A stretch of 62,943 nt of DNA, counting the filler, from Octopus bimaculoides (Eukaryota), in assembly GCF_001194135.2 (NCBI RefSeq). It is 6 parts of 6 records of this genome, joined end to end, with 100 filler letters (N's around TTAATTAATTAA, not from the genome) between each part and the next. Parts side by side here need not be neighbours in the genome. Positions count along the whole stretch, not along the records: positions 48,953 to 56,466 come from NC_068984.1; positions 56,567 to 60,763 come from NC_068989.1; positions 60,864 to 62,943 come from NW_026391045.1; 3 more parts are not named here. The stretch is one strand, 5' to 3'. Below the pieces are notes generated by a model, which was not told where the DNA came from, ran no database searches, and saw only the letters and a program-made list of their open reading frames with translations. Shown piece by piece: positions 53,061 through 62,943 of the stretch; position 1 is the first letter of the stretch; every line of letters begins with the position of its first letter. A program made the translations under genes and the position numbers.

Positions 53061-53346
53061 GTAATATATGTTATATCACCAACAATGGTGCTAAGGTTGG
53101 AAAATTTCTGGAAGTTTTCAGAAAGTAACAAATTTGAAGACAGAGACTATCACTACCCACGAGTATATACAGACACCATATACAGGAGTTGCGCAATGAT
53201 GCTGTCGAGTGGAAGGCCCCAAAATGGCACACATTCTCTCTTGATGACCCTATGAACTTGCTAGCATTCATTAGCACTTGTATCTACTAGTTGTTTGTAG
53301 ATAATGCTGGTAACACCTGTATCTGCAAGTTGTTTGCAAAAGAAAA

Positions 53347-53382
<36 letters not shown>

Positions 53383-53953
53383 ATGCATGTGTGTGTGTGT
53401 GTGCATGCATGTGTGTGTGTGTATGTGATAATGTCTCCTTATCTAACCTTATCTAACCATCATGTAATGATTGTAAATGAGCAATCTTTCTGTTATATCG
53501 CAATACTACACAGTGGTTGTGTGAGCATCTCATCCTCGTCGCCACTGTTATATCGCACGTGTGGATGATCTCTACTCAACTCTCACTTCCGACGACTCGA
53601 CTCTACCGAACTCGAAGTCTAGTCTACCATTGACTCCGTCTCACTCTTACGCTCTGCTCGATGCTTTTCGTCTAGCTATTTATACGTATTGGACTAGCAT
53701 ACTTATCGCCTGAGGGAGTCCACACAACACTTTCATGGTAAACATATCTAGTCATGGGAAAATATTATCTTACTTGGAAACAAGGAAAGGTGACAGGAAA
53801 GACATCTAACTCTAGAAAATCTGTCTCAACAAATTTTGATTTTACCAATGCAAACATACAAAAGGAAACTTCAAAGATGGTGACGATGGTGATGGTGATA
53901 GTGATGATAAATATCACACGTTTTATTAATTAATTATTTATATATCATTTCAG

Positions 53954-53991
53954 GCACTCTGTTCTCAAGCCCAAGTTCGATACAACCCAGG
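53954..53991 (+). CDS. Second coding exon (38 nt) of HtrL/YibB-family gene; Ser/Pro-rich stem (S)TLFSSPSSIQPR
   Basis: Acceptor tcatttcag at 53951-53953 and donor gtaaga at 53992. Phase 1 in and phase 0 out exactly bridge the flanking exons without stops. Confidence 0.7.
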
Positions 53992-54114
53992 GTAAGAACT
54001 TCATGAATTCCTTTTCAACATATCTAAGCAAGAAAAAGTATAAACACTTAAGATTATAGAAAATGTGAATATTATTGCATCGTTCCAAGTTTTCTCGATA
54101 TAAATATTAGTCTC

Positions 54115-54322
54115 AAATTTTGGCAGAAGGTCAGTAATTTTGGGTGTGAGAGTAAGTCAATTACACTAACTCCAGTGCTCAACTGGTTCTTATTTTATAG
54201 ACCCTGAAAGGACGAAGGGCAAAGTCAACCTCGATGGAATTTGAACTCAGGATATAAAAATGAATGAAAAGCTGCCAAATGTTTTGTTCAACAGGCCAAT
54301 GATTCTGCTAGCTCGCTGCCTT
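54115..54322 (-). mobile_element. tRNA-derived SINE, family E
   Basis: Minus head AAGGCAGCGAGCTAGCAGAATC, B-box GAGTTCAAATTCC; aligns with 58433..58645. Confidence 0.75.
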
Positions 54323-54409
54323 TTCTTGATATAAATATCAACTTTAAAGAATCTTTAGTATTACTTCCACTTGTTAACATCTTTTAAATGGGTAACATAT
54401 AACAGCTGA

Positions 54410-54528
54410 ATGGGTCAACTTTGCCTTACATCCTTTCGGGGTCGACAAATTAAGTAACAGTGAAACACTGAAGTCGATGTAATCAACAAATTCCCTTTCC
54501 CAAAATGGCTGCCCTCGTGGAAAAATTT
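54410..54528 (+). mobile_element. Family E SINE, 3' half
   Basis: Inverted copy of 54115..54235. Confidence 0.7.
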
Positions 54529-54571
<43 letters not shown>

Positions 54572-54581
54572 NNNNNNNNNN

Positions 54582-54615
<34 letters not shown>
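54527..54615. repeat. (TAG)n microsatellite with small gap
   Basis: Direct reading. Confidence 0.95.
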
Positions 54616-55103
54616 TTTTGTTGTTGTTGTTATCATCATAAATCTATTACATGCTACTTTAGCTAGCAGGGATATTATCTTGAAGTCTGGTGAGAACAGG
54701 TAACCTCAAATCTCAAGACTCTTTCTTAGGCTTTTTGCAGAATATACTACAGCACTTCTTTCTGTCTCAGTTCCAATATTCTTCAGCCTCTCAGGTGACT
54801 GCCAGATGTTGTGTACCGATTTTACAGTAATGACAAATCTTGGATTTCATGTAATAAATTTTGATAAAGGCCATGTATATTTGTCATGTAGATTTTCAAT
54901 TTTCATTTAGTCCAAAGGATTCACTCTGTTTCCTTTTTAATGCAGAGGTAGTCATATTTTTAAATATATATTTTGTGATTTTCAATGTTAGGAACATAAC
55001 ACTAAAATATAGATAATGTTTTCATATAATATCTTAATGCAATTATATTATTATACCATATATGTATAATTATATCTCATTGTATATATTATTTACTTAA
55101 CAG

Positions 55104-55967
55104 GATAATCTATCTTCAACTGAGAAAGCCTTTTCTTCTATTCAAAGTAACCTTTCAATAAACACTGCAAAACTTACCAATGACATCACAGTATTGACTG
55201 CATATTTCAATATCGGAGCCTTTGCAAAGGGATCTTTGGGGAATATATTTACACCTAGTAAGTATTACGAATGGATGTCTGCATATGGTAAGATGCTCAA
55301 TAATCTAGTTGTTTATACAGATGATGAACGTACATACAAAACTTTTCAGAAGTTAAGGGGGAATGCTTTCAAAGAACAAACCAAGTTATTTTTTATAAAC
55401 AAGACGGAATTGTTATCATTTCAGATAGAAAAAAATATTTCTGATATATTTAAACAACCTGGTTACCCAAAGCATCTTCCCAATACTGTTGTTCCTGAGT
55501 ACTCTTGTGCCATGCATGCGAAATATGAATTGCTTAACCGAATCATAAGAAAGAACTTTTTTCACACTAAATACTTTATGTGGTCAGATGCTGGATTATT
55601 CCGGACACCCCAAAATTCTTTATTTAAATTGGCATTACCTAAAAATTTTGATGATACAAAAGTTGCTCTCAGCCGAGTGTTTGATTTTAATGAGAACTCA
55701 ACATATAAAGACATTATTTATAATAATAATGTGTGGCTTGCAGGTGGCTGCAGTCTTGGTAAATATGATGTTTTGTACAAATTTACTCAAGAATATTTCA
55801 ATTTTCTTCATAAATCTTTATCCATGAAACTAGTAAGTACGGATCAGCAAATTATATATGGGATGTATGTGGACAAACAAAAGCCTGTGACATATCTCCA
55901 ACTTTATGAATCAGGTTGGTATGCATTAAGCAATGCATGTTATGAAGCAGGAAAGGCACTAATTTGA
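55104..55967 (+). CDS. htrL: Terminal coding exon: HtrL/YibB-family (htrL-like) putative glycosyltransferase domain, 287 aa; full protein 329 aa
   Basis: Acceptor ttacttaacag at 55101-55103, phase 0, open to TGA at 55965-55967; contains ORF-track 55194..55967. Motifs I recognise from HtrL/YibB proteins, in the expected order: ITVLTAYFNIG, LVVYTDD, P-x-Y...K, YFMWSDAGLFR, WLAGG-x-x-x-G, TDQQII. Family call is from motif recall, not an HMM run; the symbol denotes family homology, not orthology. Confidence 0.85.
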   Translation, partial: DNLSSTEKAFSSIQSNLSINTAKLTNDITVLTAYFNIGAFAKGSLGNIFTPSKYYEWMSAYGKMLNNLVVYTDDERTYKTFQKLRGNAFKEQTKLFFINKTELLSFQIEKNISDIFKQPGYPKHLPNTVVPEYSCAMHAKYELLNRIIRKNFFHTKYFMWSDAGLFRTPQNSLFKLALPKNFDDTKVALSRVFDFNENSTYKDIIYNNNVWLAGGCSLGKYDVLYKFTQEYFNFLHKSLSMKLVSTDQQIIYGMYVDKQKPVTYLQLYESGWYALSNACYEAGKALI

Positions 55968-56220
55968 TTAATTAGTATCTTCCCTGCTTCAAAAATATGA
56001 ATGTTGTAAAACAATGGACAAAAGAATGTTTGGAATCATCACTTTATTGAGAAGCATTTCACCTTATTATGATAACATAAATATTTTTCCTTAACTTTCC
56101 TTTCTTGCATTCATTTTGTTTCGTATTTAACTACACACACACAACAAACACACATGTATATAGACATACACGCATACATATCTTTCTTCCAACTAACATG
56201 GAATGTATACGTATAATAGC

Positions 56221-56252
<32 letters not shown>

Positions 56253-56575
56253 GTATAAAAGATAATAAGAGTGAAAAAACTACAGAAGGCTTGTGTTACT
56301 TGGTTAAAGTATATATTTAAATTATGTCAGAAAAATGTTAGAAAAATGTTAGAAAAATTTTAGAAAATCTTTTTGGTATATAAACATTGTATTTTGAGAA
56401 ATAACCGGTTTCGTGTTGTCTTTTCAAATTTCTCTACTTCATTGTGTCGTGTTCACTCGAGTGTATNNNNNNNNNNNNNNNNNNNNNNNNNNNNNNNNNN
56501 NNNNNNNNNNTTAATTAATTAANNNNNNNNNNNNNNNNNNNNNNNNNNNNNNNNNNNNNNNNNNNNATATATATA

Positions 56576-56611
<36 letters not shown>

Positions 56612-58432
56612 TACATATATGTATGTGTGTATGTATGTAGTCTACTCGCATAGAACATACATATTGCCATGTATCTGAAATCTAATGTTTTTTCTTCCGT
56701 TATAGGCTGTGAGTGTTTTCTTATTTTATAATTTTGATATAAAAAAATAAATCTCATTTCCGGCTATAAACGGTTCTGTTCATTTTTTCAAACTGCCATT
56801 TTCATGAACAATTTAAACAGTCACACTAAACTTCAGAATCATAAAGGATAGCGTGAAGAATAAGTTACTTCTTGCATCACTTGAATATTACAATTATTAA
56901 TCTTTTAATTTGACTGCAATAGAATCTCGCAAAATATTCATAGAATTCTCGAAATTGATGTTATTGCTACTTACAACAAAAAATATATATGAGATTCAGT
57001 GCAGTCACAAACTCTAGCTTCGTAAATCGAGGCCTTTGAAATGTCAACGTCTTTTATTTATTTTTTTTTTTCTTTAACGTTTGTAACCATTCCATTTCAT
57101 TTATAACGCAAATTTATTTTAGAAGGCAAAAAAATGAACGTTACACGATCTCCTTTCTTCTCATATATCCATCGGAAACTTTGTGTTCCTATGTTAGAAA
57201 TCGATATTATACCATCATGTTTTGCTATCTGAACATTACTGATCAAACAAAAGCCTAAAATAAACATGTTTGTGCGTATATTTATTTATGTATGTATGTA
57301 TATGTATGTGCATATATGTGTTTGTGTTTATGTATGTGTGCATGTATGTATGCGCGTTTGTGAATGTATTTGTGTGCGTATGTGCTGTGTATTTATTTAT
57401 GTATACGTTAGTTGGGTTTTTTTTTCCTCTAACTATTGCGATTTTCTGTTTTATCAATCGACTGTAACTATAATCCCATTAATCAGATGAGTGTACATTG
57501 TTTCTTCATAGTTCTTCGCAGAACTAGATTTGAATCCAAAAACATAGAAATCCCGTCCCACTCAGAAATCGTTTCTATTATGCCAGAATCGTTTTTACTT
57601 TGATAAACGTAGGCAGGATTGAAATAAATTCAGTGTTGTAATCAAACAACTTCTCAGCTAAATAAACAGTACAGTTGTTGCTATATCGGTGCCTAACTTC
57701 AGGTTAATAATAGAGAGGCTGCACAGAGGAGCCACGGAGTGTTGATAAGCTCCTTACATTCAAAGTCTGCCATGCATGCTCAATTCTTGAATAAATCGGT
57801 AATTTCTGCTTACTCCTGGACATATTCAATGGGGTAGAAAGGGTATAGACTCCATCAGGTTGAACTGGCTCTTAATACTCTTTAAGAAGAAAACTTCTAT
57901 GGCTCCCCAATGACCACCTTTCAAAATCTTAAGAACGTTTGTCAATTAATAATGATTCTAATGATTAAAGCTGTGGGGTTTTGTTTTGGTTTTTCATGGC
58001 TTAGAAAGGAAGAACACTGTCTGTGACCTTTACAAGACCTCCAAATTGGTGGAGGCGTGGCAAGAAGATTATCGAATTTTTCTCAGACTAGAAACAAGAG
58101 GCCAGGTTCGATTGATTGCTGTAAATTCTATTCTGCTAAAGACACCCAAGAGATAGATAGTAGTGTTAAATCGTTAACGACTTAGATCTGCCGTAAGAAA
58201 TAGGTAAATTACATCTGCAAGACTTTCACAAATTTCTGTCTTACTCCAGGGGTTCCTTGTTGTCTTTGAGTTAATGAAACACAGAAGTTCAACTAAAAAG
58301 ATTATTGGTAAAGGAACATTAGGATAGAATATTGGCAACCTTCGCAGGGAGCATTTTTTTTTAAATTACTTAATATAAAAAGATATTGCTTACTGGGTTT
58401 AAATAATCACACTTGTGTAAAAGGAAATAATC

Positions 58433-58645
58433 CTTTCTACTTTAGGCACAAGGCCTGAAGTTTGGTAGGAGGGGACAAGTCGATTACATCGACCCCAGTA
58501 CTCAGCTGGCACTTAATTTATCGACTTCGAAAAGATGAAAGATAAAGTCGATCTCGGCGGAATTTGAACTCAGAACATAGCGACAGATGAAATGCCACCA
58601 AGCATTTCGCCCAGTGTGCTTACAATTCTGCCAGCTCGCTGCCTT
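58433..58645 (-). mobile_element. tRNA-derived SINE, family E (best-preserved copy)
   Basis: Minus head AAGGCAGCGAGCTGGCAGAAT, B-box CTGAGTTCAAATTCC, core GTCGATAAATTAAGT...GGGGTCGATGTAATCGAC, tail GGCCTTGTGCCT. Confidence 0.8.
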
Positions 58646-59741
58646 TGTGTGAAAAAGGGAATAATAAATAATGCCCATTGCACGACACTCAAGAAATTAG
58701 TATAGATTTTTGACATATATGTACGACGGGCATCTTTCAGTTTCCGTCTAGCAAATCCACTGACAAGGCTTTGGTATATACTTATTCTTAACACGTTCTG
58801 GAGGATATGAACGTGAATATTTTAATTGATGCTATATTTCACCTAGAAAGAAAAACTTCTCCCTTCAAAGAAAATGTTCTGACAACACACTCGATTCAGT
58901 GATTCAGGAGGGCTTAGTTAAGGTTTTAGTCTTGATACAGTATTGTATTCGGCTTGTATTCCACACTGGTGCTCTATAGATTAAATCTCTCGTATCATTC
59001 GGATGTTAGACAAAGATAATTTGATATTCTCGAGAATGGGGATTTATTCAATGAGATCGTGTCTTTCATCATCCGATATACAGCTTTTGACTTAGAAACA
59101 AACGTATTTAATGATGAGTTCTTCTTGCAGCTGTTTTTGGGTACTGAAGTTTTTCATTCAACGTGTTTAGTTCATGTTTTAAGAGTTATCTATTTACCCT
59201 CGGCAGTATGAAATCTTGCGTCGCTAAACATTTTAGTTAGTCTTTTTTTTTTCACATACAATGTAATTGGTGTGTGGTGTGTAGTTGGTTATTTTTATAC
59301 CTTATTCATTATCATGATATCGAAATGTCTAGCTGTGCAAGGAGATTGTTTACATGTTTTTTTTTCCTCGTTTTGTTATTCATTTGTGTGGCTTACGTTG
59401 GAAAATTTCATTATCATAAACTTTGCGCACAACTCCTAGATGTTCCAGTGTGATAGCAGCTGTGCACACAGAAACATTGTATTATATGCGTATGTATGTT
59501 TGTAGGTATGTATGTATATATACTTGTACAGATGTATGTATTAATGTATATATGTATGCATGTAGATATGTATATGTGTGTACGTGTGCATATATTATGT
59601 ATGAATGTATGCTTACAGGTAGGTAAGTAGGTACTTAGGTAGGTAGGTAGGTAGGTAGGTAGGTAAGATCACAAGCGTACCATCTCAGGTGCGGATGTGT
59701 TTTAACATATACAAGAGTACATACACACACACATACACACA

Positions 59742-59783
<42 letters not shown>

Positions 59784-60728
59784 CACATGTATGTGTATTT
59801 GCATACAGATACACACTCACATACACACTGTAACACTGCAATATATATTTTTATGTGTGTGTTTCCTTATATGCACACGTGTGTACAAACAATTACTAAG
59901 TGCTAAACTTCTGGAATGTTTTACATATTTTCACAGTTCCATTGATGGGTTTTTATTGTAACTACTTAATTAGACGTGTCTTTACTAGCTTTGCGAACCC
60001 AAACTTCACCCTATTCGTTACAAGGAAGTTAAGTACACCTCCAAGTACTTCAATAATTATTAACATAAATAAAAAAAATTTACCTACACCTCTATTCCTT
60101 TTACACAACAAGTAGCGTGTTGTTATTTCCTGTTTCTGGTTTGCAAAATTAATAGCCCTTCAAAATCCGGGCTATTATACAGAATGGACCAAAATTGATG
60201 ATATCAGACTGCATATTGCGGTCTGTGGGCATAATCTGGTAGCTTCAGTTGTTGTTCCAACTGCATTATTATACTTCGTGAGTTTTGGCGCATCCATTTC
60301 CACTTCTTGGTCCAAGACAACTTACTTTGATCTCTTATTTTACTGTTACTTTGATTGTTCTCAAGAACATAGCCATGCACTTTCCGCTGATATGCAGAAA
60401 GCTTTTTATCTGATAGTATGCTGCCGGTACAGCTGTCTAAATTCCAAGGGGTATGTCTTGGATCACCTGTTAGGAATACTTTCCAAACAGTTCCTTACAA
60501 CTCTTATGGTGTCCTTTGTATCATGCATACTTGCTCTTTGGATGCACTGCAATGCATACACACACACATGCATATATAGCTGTTTCTATCTACGGAGCAA
60601 CAGGTAAGTCTGCCATGTTTTTCATATTTTTGTCTTCTACGTAGGTTTATACACACAGACACACAGACATCCACAGACACAGACACAGATACATACAGAC
60701 ACACAAGCGAGCGCATACACATACACAT

Positions 60729-60763
<35 letters not shown>

Positions 60764-62511
60764 NNNNNNNNNNNNNNNNNNNNNNNNNNNNNNNNNNNNN
60801 NNNNNNNTTAATTAATTAANNNNNNNNNNNNNNNNNNNNNNNNNNNNNNNNNNNNNNNNNNNNTCATGTCTGGAATTCTTCATCACACTTTAGCAGGAGA
60901 AATTTCTACAAAAGACAACAGGAATATTGAAAGTAAAATAACTTATAGAAATAATAAGAGACACATCAATGTTATATACATTATGCACACACACACATAC
61001 ACACACAAATAATGTACTGTTCTGTGATGGGAAGATCAACAGACATGTTAAGAAATACTGTCTGGCATGCTCTCAGCATAATGACACTAATAGCAGTACA
61101 TAAAAACATATATTGTTTATGAAATAAAATCATACACACACATACATGTAAATATACTCTATTACACCCAACTGCATAATTTAAAATCTATCTTCTCTTG
61201 ATAAGACATTCTTCAATATTAGACATGGGTAGAGTTATTTTTGTGGAATATTCCAGCAGCTTCATAGCTTTAGGCCTTTAACGTTCAGGTTACTCTGTCA
61301 TATGAAATGCTTATATCGTCACATCTTTTTACTCTTAATAATGCATTATCTTGTAGGTTCAAAGTTTGATGATGTGATTGTTTATATTTAGAATGACATT
61401 GTAGAGTAAGTGTGAGAGGCCTGATCTGGCCAGTTTGAACAGAAAATATAGAATGGGCTGGATATAATCAGTTTAAATGCTAAAAGGTTAATATTAAATT
61501 CTCAACATGTCTCATTATTTATCACTCAGAATTCTTCATATAGAGACTATATTATGTGTAAACCAATGTTTTGTAGTTTCTGTGTTTATCTAACTTTGAC
61601 AATTATTGAATAAATAGTTGTAGTTTTATTGAGATATATTCTAATCAGAATATTAGCAGGAACAGATGCAATACATTGTTTAGATTAAATAATAAGCATT
61701 TCAAAATTTAGTATAATTAAACATCTTGAAATTAATTGACATTATAGCTAAAACTATATATTAATTCACATTGCAAAAAAATATTTGAAATTTAATTCAC
61801 ATCAACGAAATACTTAGAGTAAAATTCATGTAATTTGTATGTATTTATGGTTGAGTGAATGTAGCCCTAATAAAATGGTTTAAGCTGTATGTTAGTGAAA
61901 GTGATGAGTGGGTTGGGATTTCAAATCCCAGTTCACTCAAGAAAGTAAGAAAAATACTTTTCTATAAGTGCTGAGATTGACTTCATTATTTCAAACAGTG
62001 ACAAGACTTAAGGAATCTTGATGTGGGATGCAGAAAACTTTCTTCATAATACATATTTAGACAAGAATTATTGAAAATGACATAGTGATATTAATAACAG
62101 GGACAAAATAATTTATAAAATTATGTAGAAATGTTTTAAAGTGTATCTTATCTATAAAAGAAAGATTAAGATAATAAAATATTAGATGCTTAAAAACAAA
62201 AGAATCATAATAATTTCCATGTAATATCTAGAAATTTTAAATTCAATAAATCACAACAAAACTATTTTAAACAATATTTACTACAAACGATAAGTAGGCT
62301 TCATAACATACTGCTACATATAATGTATTTCAGAAACATTTTGTTATATTATAATAACTATAACAATGTGAAGTCAGTTTGTAGAAAGCAGATGATGGTA
62401 TTTCTGATAAAATTCTCAACAAATCTACAAAATTCTTCAATTGTCAGTGAGTTAATATATTTTAGCAACACATGACAATATCATCAGTTTATATCTCACA
62501 CTAAATATCTA

Positions 62512-62513
<2 letters not shown>

Positions 62514-62558
<45 letters not shown>

Positions 62559-62579
62559 TAATAATAATAATAATAATAA
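62514..62579. repeat. (AAT)n microsatellite
   Basis: Direct reading. Confidence 0.95.
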
Positions 62580-62943
62580 ACATTCTGGGGTTATTATAAA
62601 TGCAAAGAAATATATAAAAGATATTCAACAGAGTTCACAAACATAAACACTATATGTATATATATGTATAGGGATAGTGATCTGTTAAAGTTCATAAACG
62701 GTACAAAAAAATTCAGATTAAATTTATGAGTTATTATAACAACACATATAAACTATAGTGATATACATTAACACTCAGACTTATCGGCTATAAATCGATG
62801 CTTTCTGACAGTGAAACAAATATATATACACCTAGTGTGGAGTACATCAGACCAATATTATATATAAAATGTATCATAGTAATATATATATAATTTAATA
62901 TCACTTGTATAATGTTGTCTTGTGTGATTCTGAGATTACAAAA

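Noticed and set aside
55104-55967. Bacterial contamination as the source of the HtrL-like ORF
   Set aside because: The ORF is contiguous with host AT-rich introns, SINEs and microsatellites, begins at a canonical acceptor and has host-like base composition.
57540-58330. Possible LINE endonuclease start (TLNVRSL) on the minus strand
   Set aside because: Single short motif with stops in all frames; cannot be separated from chance.
60278-60607. 109-aa ORF ending at a gtaag donor, and a splice-bounded segment on the opposite strand
   Set aside because: No recognisable domain, crosses a CA repeat, and the minus-strand segment has stops in all three frames.

Overview
AT-rich, microsatellite-laden animal genomic DNA with many assembly gaps. 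The SINE families, repeat landscape and TTAATTAATTAA gap spacers point to an octopus (cephalopod) draft assembly; this is an inference, not a database result. One protein-coding gene is well supported: a + strand spliced gene, join(49686..49773, 53954..53991, 55104..55967), 329 aa. It encodes an HtrL/YibB-family (bacterial LPS-associated, putative glycosyltransferase) domain in one uninterrupted exon, preceded by a eukaryotic type II signal anchor on two small exons. The rest is mostly transposon debris: four mariner-type elements (one full-length with perfect 26-bp TIRs, one with its 5' end duplicated in inverted orientation), a Tc1-like element with DD36E spacing, a hAT MITE with 8-bp TSD, a PHD-bearing DNA transposon remnant, RLE-type (R4/Dong-like) and RTE LINE fragments, a gypsy pol relic, a Penelope GIY-YIG fragment, a Penelope-type minimal hammerhead ribozyme motif and more than 15 tRNA-derived SINE copies. 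No rRNA, bona fide tRNA or CRISPR array is supported. All alignments and translations beyond the ORF track were done by eye; coordinates of degenerate repeats are approximate.
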